Shown here: piece after piece, positions 41,335-51,600 of the stretch
Position numbering within the stretch: position 1 is the first letter of the stretch
Layout of the letters: the number at the start of each line of letters is the position of its first letter
Source: Myxococcales bacterium
Lineage (GTDB): Bacteria > Myxococcota > UBA727 > GCA-2721815
Assembly: GCA_002721815.1 (NCBI GenBank)
Contig: PBLQ01000046.1
Span: forward strand, 2,688-66,687
Length of the DNA stretch: 64,000 nt
Reading direction: 5' to 3'
Translations under genes and position numbers: made by a program
Notes under the pieces: model-generated
What the model saw: only the letters and a program-made list of their open reading frames with translations
Databases searched by the model: none
What the model was told of the DNA's origin: nothing

Positions 41335-43692
41335 GTGAAACCACTTTTGCATCTTTGGGGCTTGGTAACTTTTCTCCTTTTACTCTCGTGTGCCGAAGAG
41401 CCCGTGACCCGTTTCATGGGTCCTCAGCTGCTGGCCAACAGTCCGGTGCACTTCGGAGATGGCCCTAAGGGCGTGCGGCAAAGCGGTCGGCTCATCATCA
41501 CCAACGGTGGTGATTCCCCGCTTAAGATTGAAGACTTCAAGGTCACACCCGACGACGGGGTTTTCCAAGTGGGTATCTCAGAGCTGCCGTTGGAAGTCAG
41601 CGGACGACGCTCAAAAGAAATTTCGGTCCTGTTCACCCCTCCCAGCATTGGTTCTTTCCGCGCCGAACTTGCTTTTGATTCCAACCACGATGGCGATACA
41701 CTTTCCCCCATTGTTCTTTTGGGCAACGGTGTTTCGAATCAGGTATGTTTGCCTTGCAGCCCGCCTCCAGAGCCCGAGTGTCACTTGGACCAAACCTCTT
41801 CCATTGCTTTTGTCCCCAACCAGGGCACCGACTGTGAGAGCGACAACGGGGTTTGCTCCTACAATCAGGTGGAAACCCTTTGTGCGCCCCTGCTGTGCGA
41901 TCTGGAAACCGGGCTGTGTCCCGGCTCTTTACCCCCACCGCCCCCTGCCGTTTGTGGCGATGGCACCCTCCAAGAAGGTGAGGAATGCGATGACGGCAAC
42001 ACCGAAAATGGTGATGGCTGCGACAACAACTGCACCACCGAAGATGGGTGGGATTGTACCGCCCCCCCCTGTGAGCCCATATGCGGCGATGGCATCATCG
42101 CGGGCGATGAAGAATGCGATGACGGCAACACTGAAAGTGGTGATGGCTGCGGCAATAATTGCACCACCGAAGACGGATGGGACTGCACGAATCCGCCTTG
42201 TGAGCCTATCTGTGGCGATGGCATCATCACGGGCAATGAGGCTTGTGATGATGGAAACACCACCAATGGCGATGGTTGTTCCGAATCCTGCTCCACCGAA
42301 ATTGGTTGGGATTGTAGCGCTGGTGAATGTGAAGCGGTTTGTGGCGATGGCCAAACCCTGGGCGATGAAGAATGCGATGACGGGAACACAAGCATTGAAA
42401 CATGCGATTATGGGGCCGCCGCTTGCACAGTCTGCGGCACCGATTGCACCTTCGTTGCCGGCCTGACCCAATCGTGCGGCGATGGTACGCAACAGGCCAA
42501 CGAGGCATGCGACGATGGGATTGCCCAGGACGGTGGTGTGGGCAACAGCAACACCACACCCGATGCTTGCCGAGAAGACTGCACCCTTCCTATTTGTGGT
42601 GACAATGTCCAAGACAGCCAAGAACAGTGTGATGATGGCAACACCGACATCGAAGCCTGTGATTACGGTGAAAGCGATTGCACCGTTTGTGGCAGCCTTT
42701 GCACCCTCGTACCAGGGGTCACTCAGTCCTGTGGGGACGGGACCTTACAAGGCGCTGAAGAATGCGACGATGGGGTTGCCCATGATGGCGGTGTGGGCAA
42801 CAGCAACACCGCTCCCGATGCCTGTCGTGAAAATTGTACGCAGGCATACTGTGGCGATGGCATCCAAGACACCAACGAAGCGTGCGATCCCGGCAGCTCC
42901 GTTGATCTTTATTGTGCATACGGAGAGCCGAGCTGTTCCGTCTGCAATGAAAACTGTGAACAAGTGGATGGCTGGGCTCAGTTTTGTGGCGATGGCATGA
43001 TGCACGAAAACGAAGACTGTGATGATGGCACAGACCCCAACAGCGGCAACAGTGATGAAAGAGCAGATGCTTGTCGAACAACCTGCGTCGAGGCCAGCTG
43101 CGGCGATGGGTGGGTGGACTCCGGCGAACAGTGTGACGATGGCAACAACGACCTGGGCGATGGTTGTGATACCGCTTGCTTGGTTGAAGATGACTGGGAT
43201 TGCTTTGGCTCTCCGTCCGTTTGCGTCCCCCTCACTCCCGACGCGCCTGGTGAAACCTGCGAAACAGCAGCAGCCATTTTAGCCAGTTCTGGCTCCTTGA
43301 CTGGTTTTTACGGAGAAGAAAATAATTATGAGCCAGGGGATTTGGGCGACGGAACCAGCTGTACAGGTTACTACAATAACGATGGCCCAGAGGTGCTGTA
43401 CAGCATCACCATGAGCTCCGGTCAAAACCTGTACGTTGAAGCCAGCTCCACCAACAATGAACACGATATTTCAATCTACCTGTTGGACGGATGCCCGCCC
43501 GATGGCAACGCCTGTGTGATTGGAACCGATGTCTACTTTACCGGGGTGAGCACAACGCCCGAGTCCTTCAACTATTCCTGGTCTTCCAACACTGAGACCG
43601 AACGCACGTTCTATTTGGTGATCGATGCTTATTGCATGGACTCGTGTCCTACATCCTCCGACACGTTTGAACTCTACTGGGATCTTCAATAG
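41335..43692 (+). CDS. Array lipoprotein A1: Ig/8-Cys N-module + Myxococcus Cys-rich (DUF4215-like) repeats + shared C-domain
   Basis: Lipobox LLSC; ITNGG..PL.I Ig-like unit; about 10 CGDG...E.CDDGN repeats; ends YLVIDAYC...C...FELYW. Confidence 0.9.
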   Translation: MKPLLHLWGLVTFLLLLSCAEEPVTRFMGPQLLANSPVHFGDGPKGVRQSGRLIITNGGDSPLKIEDFKVTPDDGVFQVGISELPLEVSGRRSKEISVLFTPPSIGSFRAELAFDSNHDGDTLSPIVLLGNGVSNQVCLPCSPPPEPECHLDQTSSIAFVPNQGTDCESDNGVCSYNQVETLCAPLLCDLETGLCPGSLPPPPPAVCGDGTLQEGEECDDGNTENGDGCDNNCTTEDGWDCTAPPCEPICGDGIIAGDEECDDGNTESGDGCGNNCTTEDGWDCTNPPCEPICGDGIITGNEACDDGNTTNGDGCSESCSTEIGWDCSAGECEAVCGDGQTLGDEECDDGNTSIETCDYGAAACTVCGTDCTFVAGLTQSCGDGTQQANEACDDGIAQDGGVGNSNTTPDACREDCTLPICGDNVQDSQEQCDDGNTDIEACDYGESDCTVCGSLCTLVPGVTQSCGDGTLQGAEECDDGVAHDGGVGNSNTAPDACRENCTQAYCGDGIQDTNEACDPGSSVDLYCAYGEPSCSVCNENCEQVDGWAQFCGDGMMHENEDCDDGTDPNSGNSDERADACRTTCVEASCGDGWVDSGEQCDDGNNDLGDGCDTACLVEDDWDCFGSPSVCVPLTPDAPGETCETAAAILASSGSLTGFYGEENNYEPGDLGDGTSCTGYYNNDGPEVLYSITMSSGQNLYVEASSTNNEHDISIYLLDGCPPDGNACVIGTDVYFTGVSTTPESFNYSWSSNTETERTFYLVIDAYCMDSCPTSSDTFELYWDLQ

Positions 43693-43799
43693 TCCACCGT
43701 TCTAGCCCCTGATTTGGGCGATCGCACATCAGGTTTTTCGGTAACTTGTCGATGTATTCCATGAACACCCCTAATTCCGGAGATAAACCCCCGATTGAA

Positions 43800-43808
43800 T
43801 GGTATAAT
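43800..43808 (+). promoter_or_regulatory. Putative extended -10 promoter (TGnTATAAT) upstream of A2
   Basis: TGGTATAAT about 30 nt before ATG 43838. Confidence 0.45.
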
Positions 43809-43837
43809 TTAGGTGCGTTTGTTAAGAGATATTAATC

Positions 43838-46054
43838 ATGCCCCTCACCACCACCAAAAGCCTAGTTGTCGTCGCGTGCTGCCTCCTATTTGCGGGCTGC
43901 CAAGAGGACACCATTAAGCCGCTGGCCGCGCCCATTTTATTGGTTAATAGCCCACTTCACTTTGGGGATGTTGCGGTGGGCTCCAGTCAGACTGGCAAGC
44001 TGGTGGTCACCAATGGCGGTGATGCCCCACTCACCATCGATACCGTGCGCTTAGAACCGTTTAACGGTATTTTCCAGGTGGGCATGAAAAGCGAAACCCT
44101 CACCATTAACGGTCGTCGCTCGGTGGAACTGGTGATCATTTTCACGCCGCTCACCGAGGGACCTCAAAGGGCAGAGCTCACCTTTGAATCGAACCATCAA
44201 GGAGACGCGCTGAGCCCGGTGGTACTTCTTGGCAACGGTATTTCCGACGTGGTGTGCCTTCCCTGCTCTCCCCCGCCTGCCTCGGAGTGCCACACCACCG
44301 GCGATGTGTCCATAAGTTACGTCGAAACGGCCTCCACCAGCTGCGAGAGTGAAAGTGGCGCTTGCGCTTATCAAGCAGTGGAGACCCCATGCAGCTGGGG
44401 TCCTTGTGAACCCGAAACCGGACTGTGTCCAGAAGAACCCGAGCCCGAGCCTGACCCGGTGTGTGGAGACGGGGAAGTCACCGGGGCCGAAGAATGCGAT
44501 GATGGCAACACCGAAACAGAGATCTGCGCTTATGGCGAAGGGGCTTGTGAGATCTGTGATGCCCTTTGCGCCCTCGTTCCGGGGCAGATTCAGTTTTGTG
44601 GGGACAATGCAATTCAAGAAGATGAGGAAGAATGCGACAACGGCACTGATAACAACAGCGACACCCTACCGGATGCATGCCGCTCCAACTGCTTTCTGCC
44701 CCACTGCGGCGATTCGGTGATCGACACCGATGAAACGTGCGATGATGGCAACGCCTTCGACGGAGACGGTTGTGATTCTGACTGCCTCCAAGAAGACGGG
44801 TGGGATTGCCTTGAAGGGCCCTGTGAGCCCATTTGCGGTGACGGAGAAGTGGTGGGCGACGAAGCCTGTGATGATGGAAACACCACAACAGAGTACTGCC
44901 CATATGGCGCGACCTATTGTGTGGTTTGCGGCAGCGACTGCCAGTTCGAACCGGGCCTCTTGCAATCCTGCGGCGACGGCATTGTGCAAGAAGGGGAGAC
45001 TTGCGATGATGGCGATAACAATAATGACTATGCCCCCAATGCCTGTCGCTCCAATTGCCAAGTGGCGGGGTGCGGGGACGGTATCATTGACACGGGAGAA
45101 GCCTGTGACGATCAAAATATTGAAGATGAGGACGGCTGCTCTTCCGCTTGCATCGTCGAAGCTGGCTGGCTCTGTGTGGGCCAACCCTCCCAGTGCGAAT
45201 CCATATGTGGCGATGCCATCGTGGTGGGCGATGAAGCCTGTGATGACGGAAATAATGAGATCGACCTATGCCCCTACAGCGTGATGAGCTGCGTGGTCTG
45301 CGATAACAATTGTCAAGAAACGGGTGGGTTGCTCCAATACTGTGGAGATGGTGTGTTTCAAGAAGATCACGAAGAATGTGATGAAGGCGTTGAGGGTCTC
45401 CAAGACGACAATCCGTTCAGCTTCAACAGCGACACTGAAAAAAATGCGTGTCGCGGCAATTGCTTGAAACCATTTTGCGGCGATGGGGTCATTGATACCG
45501 GCGAACTGTGCGATGACCGAAACGGAATGAACGGAGATGGGTGCTCCGAGCTTTGCGTGGTGGAACCAGGCTGGGAATGCGTGGATGAGCCCTCCATTTG
45601 TGACCGAGTCCAAGTGGGGGCCCCTGGCGAAATCTGCACGGAGGCCGAACCAATTCTCACCCCCACCGGTACCACCACAGCGACCTTTGGCTACCAAAAC
45701 AACTTTAACCTCGGACCCTTAAACTTTTGCACCGAGTGGGCTTCAGACGGCTATGAGGTATTTTATTCGGTGGAGCTACAGCCCAACCAAGAATTCAAGG
45801 CGAAAGTCTTAACCGGCCCCAATTTTGACCCTTCCATCTACATTCTGGACAGCTGTCTGCCCAATGCCAGATGCATGGTGGGTGCTGATGAAAATTATCC
45901 AGCGCCTGGGTTTCCGCCCTCTGAAACCCTGTCCTTTACCTGGTATGGCACTTACACCCAAACCTTTTATCTGGTGATAGATGCGTACTGCATGGGTGAA
46001 TTTCAGTGCCCAAATCAAGGGGACAATTTTACCCTGAGCTGGACAATTGAGTAG
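43838..46054 (+). CDS. Array lipoprotein A2: N-module + Cys-rich repeats + shared C-domain
   Basis: Lipobox FAGC; same N-module; CGDG/CDDGN repeats; ends YLVIDAYC...C...FTLSW. Confidence 0.9.
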   Translation: MPLTTTKSLVVVACCLLFAGCQEDTIKPLAAPILLVNSPLHFGDVAVGSSQTGKLVVTNGGDAPLTIDTVRLEPFNGIFQVGMKSETLTINGRRSVELVIIFTPLTEGPQRAELTFESNHQGDALSPVVLLGNGISDVVCLPCSPPPASECHTTGDVSISYVETASTSCESESGACAYQAVETPCSWGPCEPETGLCPEEPEPEPDPVCGDGEVTGAEECDDGNTETEICAYGEGACEICDALCALVPGQIQFCGDNAIQEDEEECDNGTDNNSDTLPDACRSNCFLPHCGDSVIDTDETCDDGNAFDGDGCDSDCLQEDGWDCLEGPCEPICGDGEVVGDEACDDGNTTTEYCPYGATYCVVCGSDCQFEPGLLQSCGDGIVQEGETCDDGDNNNDYAPNACRSNCQVAGCGDGIIDTGEACDDQNIEDEDGCSSACIVEAGWLCVGQPSQCESICGDAIVVGDEACDDGNNEIDLCPYSVMSCVVCDNNCQETGGLLQYCGDGVFQEDHEECDEGVEGLQDDNPFSFNSDTEKNACRGNCLKPFCGDGVIDTGELCDDRNGMNGDGCSELCVVEPGWECVDEPSICDRVQVGAPGEICTEAEPILTPTGTTTATFGYQNNFNLGPLNFCTEWASDGYEVFYSVELQPNQEFKAKVLTGPNFDPSIYILDSCLPNARCMVGADENYPAPGFPPSETLSFTWYGTYTQTFYLVIDAYCMGEFQCPNQGDNFTLSWTIE

Positions 46055-46115
46055 TCGCTAATTTTAATGTTTATGCTACCCTTCCCCTGTCCATAATCCT
46101 TTTGGGGGTTGTTCG

Positions 46116-49100
46116 GTGTCCCATCTATTTCGACCGTTTGGCTTATTTTTCCTTCTCCTTTTTATTGCCGGTTGTCCCGAAGAAAGCGTGACTTCCTTTG
46201 CGCCTCCGCAACTGCTGGTGAACAGTCCGCTCCATTTCGGAGACAGTCCCAAGGAAGTACGGCAGCGCGGCCGGCTCGTGATCACCAATGGAGGCGATGC
46301 GCAGCTGAGCATTACTGATTTTAAACTTGAGCCAGACGATGGCATCTTTCATGTTTCGCTCCAAGAGTTGCCGCTCAACATTAATGGGCGCCGCTCGAAG
46401 GATCTCATTTTATCTTTCCGGCCCAAAGAAGAAAAAAGCTACCGAGCCGAATTGAGTTTTGCGTCCAATCACGAGGGTGATGCTTTGGACCCGGTGGTGC
46501 TCATCGGAGAAGGCACCTCCAACATCTTATGCCTTCCCTGCACCCCGGCGCCTGAGCCCGAATGTCATTTTGATGGCGAATCCTCTTTAGTGTATGTCCC
46601 TGCCACCTCGACCAATTGTGAATCCTCCAACAACCAATGCTCTTACATCGTCATTGAAATTCCTTGCGGCAATGCCCCATGTGACGAACTCACCGGACTT
46701 TGTCCTGACACCGAGATCCCTACTTTTGATGCAGGCCCCCCGGCACCGGCATCTGTTTGTGGCGATGGTGAACTAGAAGGCGACGAAGAATGCGATGACG
46801 GTAACACCGATGATGGTGATGGGTGCTCTGCCACTTGCACTGTAGAAGATGGCTGGGACTGCACCGAGGAGCCCTGTGAAGAAATCTGTGGGGATGGTGA
46901 AATCGTGGGCGAAGAGACCTGCGACGATGGCAACACCACCACAGAAACCGAATGTTCTTATGGCACCCCCACCTGTACCCGTTGCAATGCCACTTGCTCT
47001 GAAATTTTAAATCTAACGGGCCGTCTGTGTGGCGATGGCGTCAACGATCCTGAAGAAATTTGTGACGATGGCAACACCGTTACCGAAACAGAATGTCCCT
47101 ATGGAACCCCCGCCTGCGCCCATTGTAACGCCACTTGCTCTGAGATCCTTAGCTTGGCTGGCAGCACCTGCGGCGATGGCGTCAACGATCCTGAAGAGTT
47201 CTGCGATGACGGCCTATTTTCTGCCACCTGCGATACAGACTGCACGTTGGCGGAATGCGGCGATGGCTTAACCAACCCTGCGGCCAATGAAGACTGCGAT
47301 GACAGCGGCGTTTCTGCCAGTTGTGATGCCGATTGCTCCTCCGCCATTTGTGGCGATGGTACGCTGAACGCATTGGCCAACGAGTTCTGCGACGATGCCA
47401 ACACCACCCCCGGTGATGGCTGCTCCGACACTTGTACCGTTGAAGACGGCTGGGTTTGTACTGGAGAGGGCTGTGAAACCATTTGTGGGGATGACATTGT
47501 TGCTGGCGACGAACAGTGTGACAATTCCGGTGATCCGAAATGCGCCGACTGCACCTGTCCCACTGGCTACAGTCTGAACACCCTAGATGGTCTTTGCAAT
47601 TATTGCGGAGATAACCGGCAAACAGATGCCGAGGGCTGCGACGATGCCAACACCGCCCCTGGTGATGGCTGTTCTGCCACTTGTACCGTAGAAGATGGCT
47701 GGGATTGTACCGGGGAGGGCTGTGAAACCATTTGCGGCGATGGCAACATCATTGCGGGTGAAGAGACCTGCGACGATGATGGCACTTACGCTTTCGGCAC
47801 CGAACTTATTTGTGATTATGGTGAAACTTGTCAATTTTGTCATTCTGAAACTTGCACCATCGAAAACGGGGCAACTTCCGGCGAATGTGGAGACGGTGAC
47901 ATCAACGGCGACGAAGAATGTGACAACGGCGCTAACGACGGTTCTTACGGAACGTGCAATCCAGATTGCACCAACGCGCCCCAATGTGGCGACAATACCA
48001 TCGACAGTGCCTACGGCGAAACCTGTGATGGAACAGCGAACGGCATCCCTAATTGCCGTGAAGACTGCTCTTTTTGCGGGGATAACATCCCAGACAGCAG
48101 CGAGCAGTGTGATGATGGGAATAACAGCGAAGACGATTCCTGCACCAACGACTGTCTCAACATCAGCTGTGGGGACAACCAAATTACGGGCAACGAAAAT
48201 TGCGAAATGGCAAGCAGCATTGCCGATGGCGTACCCTTTGTTTCGGACTACGAATGCCCCCACGAAGCATCTGGGCCAAACCAATGCCTTTATTGCGATT
48301 CGGACACTTGTAAAACCACAGCGGCCTCAGGCCCTTATTGCGGAGACACCGAGGTCAATGGACCAGAGGGTTGCGATAATGATGGCACCTACACTTGGGC
48401 CCTTTCGCTCACCTGTGACTACGGTGACACCGCCTGTAGTTACTGCAAAAGTGACAGCTGCACCATCTCAAGCGGCTCCTTTGTGGGCGCCTGCGGAAAC
48501 AACATTATCGAAAATGGTTCGGACGGGAGCGGCACCAGCTTCAATGAAGAATGCGACAATTCAGACGATGCGCAGTGCACACAATGTGCCTGCCCTGATG
48601 TCCCGCTCGATTACACGCGAAACAGCGACACCGATCTGTGCCATTTCTGCGGAGACGGCCTGATCAGCGACACCGAGAAATGCGACACGGATGGCGATGA
48701 CAATTGTAGTTACTGCACCGCATGCGGTGTCGACCTCCTAGGCGATGAGTACCCCATGAATGCCAGCGTGTGTGGCTTTTGTGGGGACGGCGTAACCAAC
48801 GGCGGCGAAGAATGCGATGATGGCGAGGGCAGCAACACGGGTCTGTACAGCGGCTGCAATAGCGATTGTTCGCTGGCCGGCTTTTGTGGTGATGATTTGA
48901 TCGATGATGCCGAAGGCGAAACCTGTGACGGGACAGCAGCAGGTATCACTGACTGCAGAAACGATTGCTCTTACTGCGGCGATGGAGAAATCGATGCTGA
49001 ACACGGGGAAGAATGCGATGACGGTAATGATGATGATACCGATGGTTGCTACACCAACTGTACAATCATCAAAGGTGATCACTGCGGTGATGGCGAGTCC

Positions 49101-51578
49101 AATGAAGACATCGTCTTTGATGGCAGTGATTTTCTCGTCATGAACTCGGACTCTGGCCTAACATGGTCCGCCCCGTTCACCATTGAAGGCTGGATTTACC
49201 CCACTGCAGGCTCACGAGGTATTTGGGCCGGCGGAGACCTCAGCAATGGTTTTGGTTTACATTTAGAAGGCTCAAACGCCATTGAAGTTGAGAAATGCGC
49301 TAGCACTTGCCAAAGTGAAACGTCCGAAAGTGTGGCTTCGCTCCTCAACCGATGGAGCTATTTTGCTCTGGTCGCAACCGGATCCTCTTCCACTTCTGTT
49401 TCCCTCAAGCTTTATCTGGAAGACCACGCCAATGAGCCGAGTATTTTAACCGTCAGCCCAAGCTCAGGGGATGGGTATATGAATCCTATTTTCACGCAAT
49501 CTGTTTCGATTGATGAAAATGATGTTACAGAAGCAAGATTGGCACTGGGGCGAAAACGCGACAATAGCTCTAAGTCCTTTCAGGGCAGTATGGACAACAT
49601 TCGTTACTGGGGAAGAGCGCTCAGCTCAGAAGAAATCGCTGAAAGTTTTGTGGGCTCCCTTCCTCTTACCGATCCGGTTACTGGCAACACTGCCGCTGGA
49701 CTGGAAGCATCGTACACAATGGAAGCATCAGGCAACCTCATCCTTAACGATGTAGAAGCCGATGACCTGTATGACAACACCCACATTACGCTCCCATCCC
49801 ATGTCACATCAGGCAATGCCGAAATCTGCGACGACGGCAACAACATCACTGAAACCGAGTGCGAATACAACACCCAAAGCTGCGTCCACTGCAATGCCGA
49901 CTGTACGGAAGTGCTCAACCTCGAAGGGCCTTATTGCGGAGACAACACCGTGGACGACACGCATGGCGAGGTGTGTGACGATGGCAACGCCGAAACGGAA
50001 ACGGAGTGTAGCAATTATGGAGACATCACTTGTGTGGTTTGCTCCGAAGATTGTTTGACCGAAATCACCTTGGATGGTCAGTATTGTGGTGATGGTATCC
50101 CCCAGCCTGCAAATGGCGAAGCCTGCGACGATGGTGACAATGATGACAGCAATGGCTGCAGCAACGCCTGCACTGTTAATGTCACCGATGTGTGTGGCGA
50201 TGGGTATTTGGACTATACGCTGGATCTCGACGGATACACCGACTACGTACAGCTGCCGTCGAACCAGGGCCTTGGCTGGACATCTTCTTTTACCATCGAA
50301 GGCTGGATATTCCCCGAACGCTCCACTGGGACAAGCGGTATTTGGAGTTATGGGGATACCAATGGCGGGTTCTCTTTAAGCACCACCAACTCTAATAAGC
50401 AGTTACGGGTGGACTACTGCTACCCGGATAACGCTACCACCACCTGCATCTATTTTCATTCGGACGAGCTGAACGAAAGTCCAACCGATACCTGGGTCTA
50501 CTTTGCTGCAACCTTGGATCCTGCCGAAAACCCCGACCGGTATTACCTGCGACTTTATTGGGATGACACGCTCAACCCTGACTTGCTCGAAACCGGGGAA
50601 AGCCCAACCGGTACCGAGCTCTGGGCCAGCGATGGCACAGACGAGCACCCGGCCGATGGGTACCAAAATGCCAACTTCAGCCATGTCTTTGATTCCGATC
50701 CGACCCTGGGTGAAGGTTGGACCGGGGTTTATGCCTGGAACGGCATGATGGACAACATCCGGATTTGGTCACACGCATTAAGCCCCTTAGAACTTTTCGC
50801 AGCCAAAACTGGAAGTCTCGCCAACACCACTGGGCTTTTAGCGGAGTACGGCATGAGCGATACGGGCTTTGTCATGGTAAACGATTTGGGCGATAGCAAT
50901 AAAGACGGGCTCTTGATGGGCGATGCCACCTGGAGCACCGTTGAGGCCTGCGATGATGGTAACACCACCGATGGCGATGGCTGTTCATCCACCTGCACGG
51001 TTGAAGATGGCTGGAACTGCTCCGGAGCCCCATCCAGCTGCGGGTTCGCAACCCTTACCGAGGGCGGTGAAAGCTGCGTGGATGCGCCCCCGCTCTTATA
51101 CGTGCCTGGCAGCACTATTTTTACCGCCCCTCAATACCAGGTCACCGCTGACTACGGTTACACAGACAACTATGCCGGTTACAAATCATCTTTATCCGGG
51201 TGTATGAGCGAAGAAGGGAATATTGCTCCGCAAGAGGGGGAAGAGGTCGTCTTCAAGATTACACTGCCTCGTGCCCATAAATTATACGCGGAGCTCCAAA
51301 CCGGAAATGACATCAGTGGGACACTTTATATTTTCGAAAATTGTGAAGGCAGCTTTTCCGAGCCTGACCATATTAAATGTGTTGACGAGCACAACTATGT
51401 CACTGAAAACAACGGGTCCTATGAAGAGATTGAATACGCTCATTATAACGAAGGCTCGCGTACATTTTACTTGGGTGTGGACGCTTGGTGTATGGAATCA
51501 TGGAACCCAAGCAGCTGCCCAATCAATGCCAGCAAAGACTTTACTTTGATTTATTATGTCGTGGACTACAGTAATTAG
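46116..51578 (+). CDS. Array lipoprotein A3: N-module + more than 20 Cys-rich repeats + two LamG domains + shared C-domain
   Basis: Lipobox IAGC; FTIEGWI.P and G.MDNIR.W..ALS LamG motifs twice; ends YLGVDAWC...C...FTLIY. Confidence 0.9.
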   Translation: MSHLFRPFGLFFLLLFIAGCPEESVTSFAPPQLLVNSPLHFGDSPKEVRQRGRLVITNGGDAQLSITDFKLEPDDGIFHVSLQELPLNINGRRSKDLILSFRPKEEKSYRAELSFASNHEGDALDPVVLIGEGTSNILCLPCTPAPEPECHFDGESSLVYVPATSTNCESSNNQCSYIVIEIPCGNAPCDELTGLCPDTEIPTFDAGPPAPASVCGDGELEGDEECDDGNTDDGDGCSATCTVEDGWDCTEEPCEEICGDGEIVGEETCDDGNTTTETECSYGTPTCTRCNATCSEILNLTGRLCGDGVNDPEEICDDGNTVTETECPYGTPACAHCNATCSEILSLAGSTCGDGVNDPEEFCDDGLFSATCDTDCTLAECGDGLTNPAANEDCDDSGVSASCDADCSSAICGDGTLNALANEFCDDANTTPGDGCSDTCTVEDGWVCTGEGCETICGDDIVAGDEQCDNSGDPKCADCTCPTGYSLNTLDGLCNYCGDNRQTDAEGCDDANTAPGDGCSATCTVEDGWDCTGEGCETICGDGNIIAGEETCDDDGTYAFGTELICDYGETCQFCHSETCTIENGATSGECGDGDINGDEECDNGANDGSYGTCNPDCTNAPQCGDNTIDSAYGETCDGTANGIPNCREDCSFCGDNIPDSSEQCDDGNNSEDDSCTNDCLNISCGDNQITGNENCEMASSIADGVPFVSDYECPHEASGPNQCLYCDSDTCKTTAASGPYCGDTEVNGPEGCDNDGTYTWALSLTCDYGDTACSYCKSDSCTISSGSFVGACGNNIIENGSDGSGTSFNEECDNSDDAQCTQCACPDVPLDYTRNSDTDLCHFCGDGLISDTEKCDTDGDDNCSYCTACGVDLLGDEYPMNASVCGFCGDGVTNGGEECDDGEGSNTGLYSGCNSDCSLAGFCGDDLIDDAEGETCDGTAAGITDCRNDCSYCGDGEIDAEHGEECDDGNDDDTDGCYTNCTIIKGDHCGDGESNEDIVFDGSDFLVMNSDSGLTWSAPFTIEGWIYPTAGSRGIWAGGDLSNGFGLHLEGSNAIEVEKCASTCQSETSESVASLLNRWSYFALVATGSSSTSVSLKLYLEDHANEPSILTVSPSSGDGYMNPIFTQSVSIDENDVTEARLALGRKRDNSSKSFQGSMDNIRYWGRALSSEEIAESFVGSLPLTDPVTGNTAAGLEASYTMEASGNLILNDVEADDLYDNTHITLPSHVTSGNAEICDDGNNITETECEYNTQSCVHCNADCTEVLNLEGPYCGDNTVDDTHGEVCDDGNAETETECSNYGDITCVVCSEDCLTEITLDGQYCGDGIPQPANGEACDDGDNDDSNGCSNACTVNVTDVCGDGYLDYTLDLDGYTDYVQLPSNQGLGWTSSFTIEGWIFPERSTGTSGIWSYGDTNGGFSLSTTNSNKQLRVDYCYPDNATTTCIYFHSDELNESPTDTWVYFAATLDPAENPDRYYLRLYWDDTLNPDLLETGESPTGTELWASDGTDEHPADGYQNANFSHVFDSDPTLGEGWTGVYAWNGMMDNIRIWSHALSPLELFAAKTGSLANTTGLLAEYGMSDTGFVMVNDLGDSNKDGLLMGDATWSTVEACDDGNTTDGDGCSSTCTVEDGWNCSGAPSSCGFATLTEGGESCVDAPPLLYVPGSTIFTAPQYQVTADYGYTDNYAGYKSSLSGCMSEEGNIAPQEGEEVVFKITLPRAHKLYAELQTGNDISGTLYIFENCEGSFSEPDHIKCVDEHNYVTENNGSYEEIEYAHYNEGSRTFYLGVDAWCMESWNPSSCPINASKDFTLIYYVVDYSN

Positions 51579-51600
51579 GCTTTAAGCGGAAAGGACGAGA

